A DNA stretch of 61,323 nt, the filler included. It is 7 parts of 7 records of this genome, joined end to end, with 100 filler letters (N's around TTAATTAATTAA, not from the genome) between each part and the next. Parts side by side here need not be neighbours in the genome. Positions count along the whole stretch, not along the records: positions 13,425 to 24,853 come from SRR20825006_1471; 6 more parts are not named here. One strand, given 5' to 3'. Shown one piece after another: positions 13,459 through 22,935 of the stretch; within the stretch, counting starts at the first letter, position 1, and each line of letters opens with the position of its first letter. The translations under genes were made by a program, and so were the position numbers. The notes under the pieces were generated by a model. The model was not told where the DNA came from and made no database searches. It saw only the letters and a list, made by a program, of their open reading frames with translations.

Positions 13459-13494
13459 AAAAAGCCCTCGAGCTTCAACGCTCGAGGGCTTTTT
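13459..13494 (+). terminator. Intrinsic terminator after the tRNA
   Basis: AAAAAGCCCTCGAGC-ttcaac-GCTCGAGGGCTTTTT. Confidence 0.88.
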
Positions 13495-13656
13495 GTCTTC
13501 TTGGCGCGTTCCACACGTCCTCCCGTGCGATCCGAACCTCCTCGGTCCCCTCTATAATTGACGGCATCCTCTGTTGTGTTGTAGCTTCGGGGTGCAACGA
13601 TGAAGATCTCGAAGATGATTGGATTGGTCCAACTCCTTAAACTGGACAGGAGCCTC

Positions 13657-15012
13657 ATGGTGACCTCACGCTTCAACCGGTTTGGTACCTCCGCTGCCAT
13701 GCTGGCTGCTACCGTACTCAGTCTGTCCTTCGCCACGAGCTGTGATGGGCTCGTGTCCGAGGATGTTTTCTACGTGTATGTCGTCAACGGCTACGCGGGT
13801 GGTGGCGACCTGACGGTGTACTCCTCGACCGGTCCGATCGCGCAGGACCTCGCCTTTGGCGAAGTCAGCGAAAAGATCGCGCTCGACCGCACGCGCTTTA
13901 ACGGTGAGCTCCAGCTCTCGATGGATGGGATGAGCGATCTGGCGAGCCTCTCGCTCGACACCTTCGCGTTCTACCCCGACGAGACGGTCACGCTGTTTCT
14001 GAAGCGCCGGAGCGGCGAGAACACCTTCCAGCTTCAGGTCATGCGCCATAACCTGGTGACTCAAGGGTCGCCCGGGCAGGGGCAAAACCCTCCCCCGTAT
14101 GCGTGCACGGTCCAGATGTACAACGGGCTCTCGTTGTCCAACACCTACACGGACGAGCGCTACACGCTCCAGACGCAGTGGAATTTTGCCAACAACGCGT
14201 TCCAGACCGCGGGCATCTACGACTCCAACGTCGAGGGCGTCGTCCCCACCGAGTGTGGTCCGCTCGTGCTCGCCGAGCTCGGCGCGCTGGGCAACCAGAT
14301 CACAGGTCGCCGCAACACGCAGTTGACCGCGATCGGCGCCGATCCCTGGCTCTGGCTCGTCGATGATCCCGAGGGCTCGTACCTGACCTGGCGCTGGGGC
14401 CGTTGGGATTCGGCGACCGGCACCACGATCACCGGCATCCGCAGCTCCGCCGAGTACATCGAGTGTCTGGCTCAGTCCGTGACCATCGAGCAACCTACTG
14501 GCGCCATGGGAATCCCCACCGGCGAGACCTCTTGCGAGGTCCAGGCAGACGGTAGCGTGACGATTCCTCGTAATGACCAGGGCTTCCCCGCGGTCATCAT
14601 CGACCAGGAAGCTGTCAACGAGTGCCTCGAGCCGCAAGGTTACTCGGGCCGCGCGCTCCAGCCAAACAGCGAGGAGTCGCTCACGGTTTACTACAACCAG
14701 ATCGCTGGCGCTCCCGATTGCTCGTTCACCTTCCGCTATCGCACGCGCGCGGTGGACAGCATCTTCGACGCGCCGCCAGATCAGATGTCGCGTCAGGGGC
14801 CTTACGTGGCCGTGAACGTGCGCTACCCGCTCTACACGTGGCAACACATCATGCTCTACGGGCGCCCCGTGCAGCCGCTCACGTACCAGATCACCTCCGC
14901 AGCGCAGGCCGAGGATTACGTCGATATCATTGACTATCCCGGCACAAATAAGGATGGTGTCCAGGGTACGAGGACGCAAAACGAAGGCGGCCAGTCCACC
15001 GCTGCTCAATAA
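13657..15012 (+). CDS. Hypothetical secreted protein, probable lipoprotein
   Basis: AGGAG RBS before ATG 13657; hydrophobic signal ending SFATS-C; beta-rich, several Cys; no family recognised. Confidence 0.75.
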   Translation: MVTSRFNRFGTSAAMLAATVLSLSFATSCDGLVSEDVFYVYVVNGYAGGGDLTVYSSTGPIAQDLAFGEVSEKIALDRTRFNGELQLSMDGMSDLASLSLDTFAFYPDETVTLFLKRRSGENTFQLQVMRHNLVTQGSPGQGQNPPPYACTVQMYNGLSLSNTYTDERYTLQTQWNFANNAFQTAGIYDSNVEGVVPTECGPLVLAELGALGNQITGRRNTQLTAIGADPWLWLVDDPEGSYLTWRWGRWDSATGTTITGIRSSAEYIECLAQSVTIEQPTGAMGIPTGETSCEVQADGSVTIPRNDQGFPAVIIDQEAVNECLEPQGYSGRALQPNSEESLTVYYNQIAGAPDCSFTFRYRTRAVDSIFDAPPDQMSRQGPYVAVNVRYPLYTWQHIMLYGRPVQPLTYQITSAAQAEDYVDIIDYPGTNKDGVQGTRTQNEGGQSTAAQ

Positions 15013-15027
15013 AACCGCACGGTACTC

Positions 15028-15546
15028 ATGAATAGTCATCGTTCATTTTCCAGGATCGCGCCCCTCGTCGGCGCGATCTTGTCGCTCTGTCTCCTCTCGC
15101 TCGTGTGTGGTTGCGCGACGCCAAAGCCGACCAGCGGGACCGAGGAGTCTTTCGGTATGCCTCACACCGACGAGGCATTCTCGGCGTCAAAACTCGCGCC
15201 CACGATCGAACACCGAGATCCTCCCTCCTGGGAGAAGATCACGCAGACCGAGCCTGGCCCGCGCGCCCGATCGATGCAGTCCAACATCATCGAGTTCGCG
15301 TTCAGCATCTACACCAACCACATCACCAAGATCGATGGCGCGCGCTGTGAGCATCGCCCCACGTGTTCGCGGTATGCGGTCGACGCCGTGCGAAAGCATG
15401 GCTTCGTGGTGGGGTCTTGGCTGACCATCGATCGCCTGATGCGCGGTTCGCAGTCGAGCTCGCTGCGCACGCTCCCCATCTACAAGTTCGAGAACGGGCG
15501 CCCCTACTTCAGGGACCCCGTCGAAGAGAACGACTTCTTCTTCTGA
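15028..15546 (+). CDS. YidD/haemolytic-domain protein with N-terminal lipoprotein signal
   Basis: C-terminal CEHRPTCSRYAVDAVRKHGFVVGSWLTIDRLMR matches the YidD motif; N-terminal LSLCLLSLVCG-C lipobox. Confidence 0.8.
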   Translation: MNSHRSFSRIAPLVGAILSLCLLSLVCGCATPKPTSGTEESFGMPHTDEAFSASKLAPTIEHRDPPSWEKITQTEPGPRARSMQSNIIEFAFSIYTNHITKIDGARCEHRPTCSRYAVDAVRKHGFVVGSWLTIDRLMRGSQSSSLRTLPIYKFENGRPYFRDPVEENDFFF

Positions 15547-15570
15547 GCTTCGACGCCAACCCCACTGCTT

Positions 15571-17037
15571 ATGCGCGACCTCCATCGAACAGAGATCAGA
15601 GCGCCCTGGGGGGTGATGTTGCTCGGTTGCCTCTCGCTCGCGTGGGGCTGCTCCAGTGAGCCAAAGCTCACCGAGAACACCTCCGTGTCGCGCACGCCGC
15701 TCCAGCCGTTGATCTACACTGAACTCCCCGACCTGACGGCCGCCGCCGCCGCGGTGCGCGAGCGTCGCCTCTTGCGCGAGTTGCTTCATGGCACCGAGAA
15801 GGGGAAGGAGTGGGGCAGGCTCCAGTCTCGCGAGAACTTGCCCGCCCCGACAAACGAGCAGGAGCTCGGCGAGCTGCTGGCGCAGGCGTTGATCGAGCGA
15901 GACGAGGCAAGGTGGGACCACGCCTTCGTCAGCCCCGCGAGTTATGCGGGGATGGTGCGTGTCGATCTCGAGGATGCGCGCAAGTTCGTCGACGAACTCC
16001 AGGGGAGCTCGATGCCCACCTGGCGCATGTTCGACATCGAACATGCCTCGGAGGCGCCTCAGGGCGGGTTGGCCAGCATCCTCGAGTTTCACTCGCTGGA
16101 GCTGGGTCAGGGGAGGACGGTCTCTGGCAAGCTCGCCAAGAAAGACGATCCCGTGGATCAACACTGGGGGAACATCCTCAAGCTCAAGCTCAAGGGGCAA
16201 GGCGAGGTCCTGTTCGAGCTCAGAATCCCCAAGATCCTTCGCGTGAGCGATCGTCGAAAGCTCGCGACCGGAGAGCCGCTGCTGGTGGTCGCCTCGACCG
16301 TCGATGCCTCGAAACGCCTCGAGACCTTCTTCGACGCGGGCCTCCACCTCAAGCCCGAGCTGTTGCGAAGCCAGGAGTATCCATACCCGCTTTCTGTGGG
16401 GAACTTCTGGCGCTACCGCCGCTTTATCAAAGGAAAGAGCGCCGAGGTCGAGCGCGACCCCATGGCGATCCCTTCCGAGGCCGAGGTCGACGCGCAGTCG
16501 ACCTTCGCCGCCACGGACGTGTTGCTCGAGATCCTGGGGATCGAGCGCTACGGGAGCCTTCGTTTGGTCAAGTACAGGACCTCGTACAATGACACCGAGC
16601 TCACGGTGCGCGAGCGAAACTGGATCGTGACCCCCCGACGCATCTATGACTGCGGGCGAAATTGCAGCCGCCACGTCGAGGACCTCGGTTGGCTGCTCGA
16701 CCACCTGAGCCGCGATACACCTCGCTACCACTTCCCGCTGGTCTGGGGAGAGGGGTGGGGGGAAGAGGGCGAATCTCACACGTTCGAGAAGGCTCCCATT
16801 CGGGTGCTCCCCGATCACGCCGAGATCGAAGTCCCCGCGGGCACGTTCGCCTCGGCGGTCGTGATCGAGTCACCTTCTGGGACGATCCTCAGCGATCCTT
16901 TCATCACGGTGAGTTCGGGGCGTCGCGTGTTCATGCCGGGCAAGGGGATCGTTCGCCTCGAGCTCACCGGTGTGAATCCTCGCGGAGAGCGTATGACCCT
17001 GATCGAAGAGCTCGTCGAGTCACGCATTATGCCGTGA
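15571..17037 (+). CDS. Hypothetical lipoprotein
   Basis: 488-aa ORF, lipobox LAWG-C, co-oriented 24 nt after the previous gene; C-terminal IEVPAGTF...RRVFMPGKGIVR beta-motif. Confidence 0.75.
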   Translation: MRDLHRTEIRAPWGVMLLGCLSLAWGCSSEPKLTENTSVSRTPLQPLIYTELPDLTAAAAAVRERRLLRELLHGTEKGKEWGRLQSRENLPAPTNEQELGELLAQALIERDEARWDHAFVSPASYAGMVRVDLEDARKFVDELQGSSMPTWRMFDIEHASEAPQGGLASILEFHSLELGQGRTVSGKLAKKDDPVDQHWGNILKLKLKGQGEVLFELRIPKILRVSDRRKLATGEPLLVVASTVDASKRLETFFDAGLHLKPELLRSQEYPYPLSVGNFWRYRRFIKGKSAEVERDPMAIPSEAEVDAQSTFAATDVLLEILGIERYGSLRLVKYRTSYNDTELTVRERNWIVTPRRIYDCGRNCSRHVEDLGWLLDHLSRDTPRYHFPLVWGEGWGEEGESHTFEKAPIRVLPDHAEIEVPAGTFASAVVIESPSGTILSDPFITVSSGRRVFMPGKGIVRLELTGVNPRGERMTLIEELVESRIMP

Positions 17038-17271
17038 GCCGAGCTCGTCTGCGCTGATTTCTTCACAACCAAACGCCAAAAGTCTACCCAGGTGTCACAC
17101 GGGGGAGTGTCCGCCGAGGTATGTTCGCGCCTGGACGAGCCAGTGTTGGTGTGAAAATGTTTTGGGTTTTATAGATATGTGTTCATATGTGTTTGATTTA
17201 AAAGGGAAAGGGTGCGTACTGATAGAGTACATAAATTCCGCCCAAATTGGATTTTTTTGGTGTGGTTGGAA

Positions 17272-17299
17272 TTGACATTCGTTCTGAGCGCGTTAAGTT
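17272..17299 (+). promoter_or_regulatory. Candidate sigma-70 promoter for the EAL gene
   Basis: TTGACA-16 nt-TAAGTT in an AT-rich intergenic stretch about 55 nt upstream of ATG 17354. Confidence 0.45.
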
Positions 17300-17353
17300 G
17301 GGCGTAGAACACACGATCTCGAACAAAAGAAAAGACCAGCCTGGTAAAACATC

Positions 17354-18688
17354 ATGAGCAGCAAGTCCGCTATCGAAACGGGCGAACACGAGCAACTGCA
17401 AGAGCTCTCCGAGCTAGTCCGGCAAGAGGAGGAGCGCAAGCAGGCGCTCGCACCTCAACCGGTCTTGCCTGCGTTGCATGAAGTACTCGAAGATCTCGTC
17501 AAACACGTCGAGCGTCGCGAGTGCGCCGCGGTGTTTGTCTTCGACGCGAGCCGACTGGCTGCCTGGGAGCGCCAGTACGGCTCGTCTGCCTTCGACAAGA
17601 TCATCCAGCAGCTCTGCCAGGCCGTCCTCGAGACGAGCAGGGAGAACTTCGGGATGGAGACGATCGTTTGCGTGGACGCGCTCGGCGGAGACTCCGTCCT
17701 GGTGTTCCCCGTCAAACGCCAGCATCGCGGCGAGTCGACGTTCATCGACCTGGAAGACCAGCTCCACCAGATGAACCGCGCGCTGCTCGAGGAGTTTGCC
17801 TCCTTCCAACTCTGGTTCCACGAAGCGATCGAAGCGATCGCCTCGGGAAGCTCCGTGATCCTGCAAAACGGCCCGGTCGATCCTCGCCGCACGATCTACC
17901 GCGCGATCCGCAAGGCGCATCACGACGCCAGGATCGCACACGGCGAATCACAGCGCCGTCGCAACAGGATCGTGGGGCATGTGATCGCGCACCAAAAACT
18001 GCGCACGCTCTTCCAACCGATCGTGGATCTGAGCTCGAGTGAGAACAAGGTGTTTGGCTACGAGGCGCTCTCGAGGCCGCTCGCGCGTGAAGCGCGCAAG
18101 CTCGGCGTGCACCTCTTTGTGGCTGCCTCTCGCGCAGAGCTCGATGGCGAACTCGACGCGACCTGCCGCGCGCTGTCCGTCAACAGGCGACCTCAACTCG
18201 CGGTCGGCGAGCACCTCTTTATCAACTGCCTCCCGCCCACATTCTACGACGGGATGAACGAGCTCGAGCACTTGCTCGACGAGTGGGAAGCCGCGGGAAT
18301 GCGCCCTGATCAGTTGGTCTTCGAGGTCACCGAGAGCATCACGCGCAAGCAAGTCATGCGCATCATGCGCAACGTCGGCAAGCTTCGCGAGCGCGGCTAT
18401 CGCTTCGCGCTCGATGATGTGGGGACCGGCACGTCGAACCTGCAATTGTTGGCAGAGCTCGAGCCTCACTTCATCAAGATGGATATGTCACTCACCATCG
18501 GCATCGCGCGCAGCGAGCGAAAGCGCAAGCTGGCGAGCTACCTCCTCGAGCTCTCTCGCCGCTGCGACGCGGCGCTTATCGCCGAGGGGATCGAGACGCG
18601 CGAGGATCTCGAGATCCTGCGCGACCTGGGCGTCGATTTCGGCCAGGGCTACCTGCTCGGACGCCCCGAAGATGCCGCGATGAATTGA
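17354..18688 (+). CDS. EAL-domain c-di-GMP phosphodiesterase with degenerate GGDEF-like N-terminal domain
   Basis: FQPIV, YEALSR, FEVTE, ALDDVGTG, IKMD, AEGIET, GQGYLLGRP; N-terminal LGGDSVLV. Confidence 0.9.
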   Translation: MSSKSAIETGEHEQLQELSELVRQEEERKQALAPQPVLPALHEVLEDLVKHVERRECAAVFVFDASRLAAWERQYGSSAFDKIIQQLCQAVLETSRENFGMETIVCVDALGGDSVLVFPVKRQHRGESTFIDLEDQLHQMNRALLEEFASFQLWFHEAIEAIASGSSVILQNGPVDPRRTIYRAIRKAHHDARIAHGESQRRRNRIVGHVIAHQKLRTLFQPIVDLSSSENKVFGYEALSRPLAREARKLGVHLFVAASRAELDGELDATCRALSVNRRPQLAVGEHLFINCLPPTFYDGMNELEHLLDEWEAAGMRPDQLVFEVTESITRKQVMRIMRNVGKLRERGYRFALDDVGTGTSNLQLLAELEPHFIKMDMSLTIGIARSERKRKLASYLLELSRRCDAALIAEGIETREDLEILRDLGVDFGQGYLLGRPEDAAMN

Positions 18689-18803
18689 ACGCAGATCTTT
18701 GATGGCTTGAAGCGCGCTCTTTTCGTATGTCATGGTGCATGTCTTGTCTTCTATCCAAGGAAGACGAAGACAGCTACTTCCCAGACACCACGAGAAGAGC
18801 GCG

Positions 18804-19892
18804 ATGAGCAGCTGGTTCGAGACACTAAGCCAACAAGAACATCCCAGAGTCACCTGGTTGACGAGCGGCGAGAGCGACGAAATCGCCGAGCGCCTCGCCG
18901 CAAAATATAGCGGCACGCCTCCGTTCGTGCCGCTCAACCAACAGGCGCGCGAATTGAGCGGCGCGATGCTCACGAGGCTTCGCCCCGTGGGACACGTGAC
19001 GCTCGGACCAACGCGCCCCTCGATCATCGAACAGAAGGCGTTGCTGTTTGTCGAACGCAATGACCCGCAACACTTGCTCGTGGCACTTCACGAGGAAGTG
19101 CCACCCTTGCTCTGGTTCCCGGCAGGTCAGACGCTCGCTTCGCTGGAGGATGCGCTCGACACTTACACCGTCGAGGAAGCCGCGCCAGAGGTCTCCGATT
19201 TCAGGCGCCGCGCCCGAGGGTTTATCGGCACCGAAGGGATCCTCGAGATGGATCGCGAGGCGTTGGTGAGTCATCTCTCGATGAACCCGCTCGGCGAGTC
19301 GTTGTTTTGGGGGAGCGCGCACGATGAGGACCCGTGGCCCGAGACGATCGAGAGCGAAGATCTGAGCCAGTTCGCCGATGGCGCCGAGCTACACATGGCG
19401 CAACGCGAAGGCGCTGTCTGGTCGTTGAGCTTTCGCGCCATCGCCTCGCGTTCGGTGATCACGCTCGAGGACCATGACGGGATCTTCGTGGTGCAGGTGC
19501 GCTATGATCCTGCTCCGCACGATGCGCAACTGCGCGCCTTTGGCGCGCAGTTCCAGCTCTCCTGGCCACCCGATCTGCCGCTCGATGTCGCGACGTTGCT
19601 CATTGGCTTGTTTTACGAGGATCGCACCAAGCTCGAGCGCCTGCTCACCGAGCAATCCTTCGACCTCGACCCGAGCGGCTTCATCTTCAACATGTACGCC
19701 TATGCTTCGGTGCGTTGGGGGGACCTCGGCGTGCTCGACTTGCTCGAAGGGTTGAGCGAGCACCGCGAGCTCCAGGTTCGTACCGCCGTCGCGGATATCT
19801 CCATTCGCCATGGCTACGATTACTTGCTCGCGATGATGGCCGCCAGAGAGCGCAACCACGCGCTCCGCGATGAATTGCTCGAGAGATTGTGA
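18804..19892 (+). CDS. Hypothetical protein with C-terminal HEAT-like helices
   Basis: Long ORF with consistent codon style; HRELQVRTAVADI...ERNHALR helical repeat-like tail. Start MSSWFETL preferred over 18732. Confidence 0.7.
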   Translation: MSSWFETLSQQEHPRVTWLTSGESDEIAERLAAKYSGTPPFVPLNQQARELSGAMLTRLRPVGHVTLGPTRPSIIEQKALLFVERNDPQHLLVALHEEVPPLLWFPAGQTLASLEDALDTYTVEEAAPEVSDFRRRARGFIGTEGILEMDREALVSHLSMNPLGESLFWGSAHDEDPWPETIESEDLSQFADGAELHMAQREGAVWSLSFRAIASRSVITLEDHDGIFVVQVRYDPAPHDAQLRAFGAQFQLSWPPDLPLDVATLLIGLFYEDRTKLERLLTEQSFDLDPSGFIFNMYAYASVRWGDLGVLDLLEGLSEHRELQVRTAVADISIRHGYDYLLAMMAARERNHALRDELLERL

Positions 19893-19904
19893 GAGGGAGG
19901 AACG

Positions 19905-20456
19905 ATGTTAGCTGCACTTTGCGTCAAGACCTTGGAGACGGCACCGATCATTCAGGCGCTCGCGCAGCGGCGCGGTTGGATGCTGGTGCGCGATACGATG
20001 CCCGGTGCTCACGAGCACCGTGCCTGGACCTGGCTCTATAACGGGGACACCGATGTGCTCTACCGGGAGGATCGTCGCTTCGGCGCGCGCTGCTTTTACC
20101 TCGCTGGTCCAGAGGCGAACGCCGCCGAGCGCGAGCTTCGTGAGTTTCTCGATTTTCACGAGCCGGAATCGCTCTTCGCGCGGGTTCACAGCGAACGCGC
20201 CGAGAAGAGCGAGCGTATGCGCGCGCTCTTTCTGACCACATGCTTTGTCTCGCACGAAGCGCATGACCCCGCCTACGAGCGGATGCTGATCAACTTGCTC
20301 GAAGGGGAAGATGAGGATATGACGTGCGCCGCGTTGATGATCGCCGAACGCCTCGTCTGGCCTGGGTTGACCGATGCGGTCGCCGAACATATGGGCAACG
20401 CCGGGGCGCTCTCTCGCATCGCCTCGCGCGTCCACGATGCGTTCAACCTCTTGTGA
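19905..20456 (+). CDS. Hypothetical protein with C-terminal helical (HEAT-like) region
   Basis: Strong GAGGGAGG RBS, 12 nt after the previous stop. Confidence 0.75.
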   Translation: MLAALCVKTLETAPIIQALAQRRGWMLVRDTMPGAHEHRAWTWLYNGDTDVLYREDRRFGARCFYLAGPEANAAERELREFLDFHEPESLFARVHSERAEKSERMRALFLTTCFVSHEAHDPAYERMLINLLEGEDEDMTCAALMIAERLVWPGLTDAVAEHMGNAGALSRIASRVHDAFNLL

Positions 20457-20522
20457 TACGAGCAGCGCTGATCTCCGCTAAATATGCGCACAAGATTCAT
20501 TGTGCGCTGCAACATTCATCGC

Positions 20523-21317
20523 ATGAATAGTAGTAAGCCCCAACATACCGTGGACGTGATCTCGGACCACCTGAAGATCCGTCAGAGTCGCAAGGGCTAC
20601 CGCTTCGGGTTGGACGCGCTGCTGCTCTCGACGGGACTGCCCGAGCTTGCTGTGGAAAACCCTGTGGTTTACGAGCTCGGCGCGGGGCAGGGGGCGGTCA
20701 GCCTGAGCATCGCCTCGAGAGAACCTGAATGGCAGGTGGTCGCCATCGAGCGCCAGCCCTCGCTGTTTGGCCACTTGTGCGAGAACATCGCCACGAACAA
20801 CCTGAGCAACGTCGAAGCAGTGCAGCTCGATCTGCGGGAGCATCGCGACGTGCTCGATCCTCACGTCGCAGACCTCGTCCTCTTTAACCCGCCTTACTTT
20901 CCCGAAGGTGCGCGCCGACCGAGCGCCAACGCCGAGCGCGCAGGCGCTCACATCGAGCTTCATGGCGGCATCCCGGAGTTTATGGCGGCGGCGTGTTACG
21001 TGTTAAAGCACCGAGGGTGGTTAAAGCTTATCTTGCCACCTTTCCGATTGCCGGAGTTGATGGCCGCGATCCCAGGCTTTGACATCAAGCTCGTCAGCCT
21101 GCGCTTCTTTCACGCAGACCCCACACAGGATGCTTACCTGTTCGAGTGTGTGATGCGTCGTGGCGGAGCGCTCGATATGAAGATCGCCACGCCGCTCTTC
21201 ATCCGCGGCGAGGATGGTTGTTATACTGATGAAGTCGCCGAGAGGTTGGCAGGGGCGGCGGTCAAAGAACCTTCGGAATCACTCGTCTCGAGGATCAAGA
21301 CGCAGAGCAAGGCATGA
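20523..21317 (+). CDS. tRNA1(Val) A37 N6-methyltransferase family (TrmN6/YfiC/YabB)
   Basis: IRQSRKGYRFGLDALLL, ELGAGQG SAM motif, NPPYF amino-methyltransferase motif. Confidence 0.85.
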   Translation: MNSSKPQHTVDVISDHLKIRQSRKGYRFGLDALLLSTGLPELAVENPVVYELGAGQGAVSLSIASREPEWQVVAIERQPSLFGHLCENIATNNLSNVEAVQLDLREHRDVLDPHVADLVLFNPPYFPEGARRPSANAERAGAHIELHGGIPEFMAAACYVLKHRGWLKLILPPFRLPELMAAIPGFDIKLVSLRFFHADPTQDAYLFECVMRRGGALDMKIATPLFIRGEDGCYTDEVAERLAGAAVKEPSESLVSRIKTQSKA

Positions 21318-21886
21318 ACACCCAGATCAAAACACGGCAACCGTCGCACCGGCTGAGGGCTGCGTCGTGTGGTGTGCTCGTCATTCTGGCTGTGAGCATC
21401 GGCGTGGGTTGTGATCGGGGCAATCGTCAAAAGGACCTGACGCCGACCGAGCGCGCCTTCGCCACGGGCACCGCGCGCGTCTCGAAGAGCCGCGCTGCCG
21501 CACTCGAGGAGAGCGAGGAGCAGGAGCTCTACACGGTCATCGCGCGGCATAACCCCGGGCGTTGCGGCGCGCCAAACTTCGAGGTCTACGTGCGCGGCGC
21601 ATGGACGCGCGCGGCGATCACCACGCGCGATCAATCACTCGGTGTTCGACTCGTCGACTTCGAGGAGCGCGCCAGAGGGCGCGTGGACGCCACGTTGTTG
21701 ATCACTGGCGCCTTCGACTCGCGCCCCGTGCGCGCGACAAACGGCGTCGAATGGCCCGCCTTCGAGCTCGAAGAGATCCTCGAGGCCAATATCGGGAGCG
21801 CGGCGAGGACGCCCACAGAGGGCCGCTCGCTCGCCTGCACCTTTCAACCCGCGTCAGGGGTCGGTTCGGTGGGGTCGACGCCGTAG
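21314..21886 (+). CDS. Hypothetical lipoprotein
   Basis: ATGA overlap with the methylase stop; signal ending SIGVG-C. Confidence 0.7.
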   Translation: MNTQIKTRQPSHRLRAASCGVLVILAVSIGVGCDRGNRQKDLTPTERAFATGTARVSKSRAAALEESEEQELYTVIARHNPGRCGAPNFEVYVRGAWTRAAITTRDQSLGVRLVDFEERARGRVDATLLITGAFDSRPVRATNGVEWPAFELEEILEANIGSAARTPTEGRSLACTFQPASGVGSVGSTP

Positions 21887-22836
21887 CGTTTGGACCAGCC
21901 GCGTCCTTCCGCGAGCACGAGCCTCGCGCGGACCATTTCATCGAGCATCGATTGATAGATCAACAACGTCGAGGCGTAGCGGATCGGATAGTCGGGCAGG
22001 TAACCCATGTCTGATTCGACGAACTCGAGCAACGTCGGCGCGTCCTTCATGACGCTGGTGGCGTTGCTCAGGAAGTTGTTCAGGAACCGCGCGCCGCGCT
22101 GGAGCGTGAAGGCGCCCCACTCGCGAATCAGTCCTCGGTTCGGGAGCAGTAGCTTTGGTTCGAGCGCCACGCAGCGCTCCAGGCTCGCGAGCATGTCTCT
22201 GACCGAGGTCATGCGCTCGGGCATCCCATCGCGCGGGAGATCTCCGCAGAAGAGCCAGCTTCTCTCGGCAGAATAGAGGCAGAGGTGCCCTGGATCTGGT
22301 CCTGGCGCGGCGATCACCTCGAGCGCGTGCGTGTCGCCCATCTGGATCGTGTGGCCAGCGCGCAGAGGGATAAACTGCAGGTTGTTCGAGAGCCTGGGGA
22401 AGAAGGTCTCGAAGAAGGCGGCGTCCTGCTCCTCGGCGCCATCTGCGGCAAAGTGAGGATGCTCGCGCAGCGTCCCCAGCATATCCTCCCACTCCTCGCG
22501 CCATTGCTTCTGCCAGTCGTCATGCCGGGTCGGCTTGACCATATCGGGGCTGAGCAGGAACAGGTCAGCGCCAGGCAACCCCGCGATGCCGCCGACGACA
22601 TCGATGCTCCACGAGGTCGAGACCACGCGCTCGATGCGAGAGGGCTCGACGCCGATTTCGCGCAACGCGGCAGCGAGCGCGCGCTGTTGCGAGGGGTGAC
22701 CCGCGTTGAGCAGCGCGGGGGCGCTGCCGGTGAACAGGTAGACGTTGATCGGCCTCGCGGCGGGGAGCGCGGACACCGAAGGGTTGGGCAGGGTGATCTG
22801 CCAGAGGGTCTCGTCGATGCGATGGATGGCGTACAT
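21844..22836 (-). CDS. Metallo-beta-lactamase-fold protein with degenerate metal ligands
   Basis: INVYLF, LLNAG, APGPDPGHLCLY, LFCGD, LASLER and LLPNRG align with MBL hydrolase scaffold positions. Confidence 0.8.
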   Translation of the reverse strand: MYAIHRIDETLWQITLPNPSVSALPAARPINVYLFTGSAPALLNAGHPSQQRALAAALREIGVEPSRIERVVSTSWSIDVVGGIAGLPGADLFLLSPDMVKPTRHDDWQKQWREEWEDMLGTLREHPHFAADGAEEQDAAFFETFFPRLSNNLQFIPLRAGHTIQMGDTHALEVIAAPGPDPGHLCLYSAERSWLFCGDLPRDGMPERMTSVRDMLASLERCVALEPKLLLPNRGLIREWGAFTLQRGARFLNNFLSNATSVMKDAPTLLEFVESDMGYLPDYPIRYASTLLIYQSMLDEMVRARLVLAEGRGWSKRYGVDPTEPTPDAG

Positions 22837-22882
22837 GGTCGTTGGACTTCTTGGATTGCAGACGAATGAGCAAGAAAACAAG

Positions 22883-22911
22883 AGAGCGCGTTCGTGAAGC
22901 GAACGCGCTCT
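22883..22911 (-). terminator. Hairpin/terminator after the FHA gene
   Basis: AGAGCGCGTTCG-tgaag-CGAACGCGCTCT, followed on the minus strand by CTTGTTTTCTT. Confidence 0.7.
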
Positions 22912-22935
22912 GCCAGTGAATCATCGAGCCGTCGC

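Noticed and set aside
13666-16818. Minus-strand ORFs of 457 aa and 543 aa
   Set aside because: Shadows of the plus-strand lipoprotein genes, which have RBS/lipobox support and operon-like spacing.
13425-17037. Possible tRNA-anchored genomic island
   Set aside because: No integrase or att duplication is visible; the tRNA is simply cut by the contig end and followed by its own terminator.
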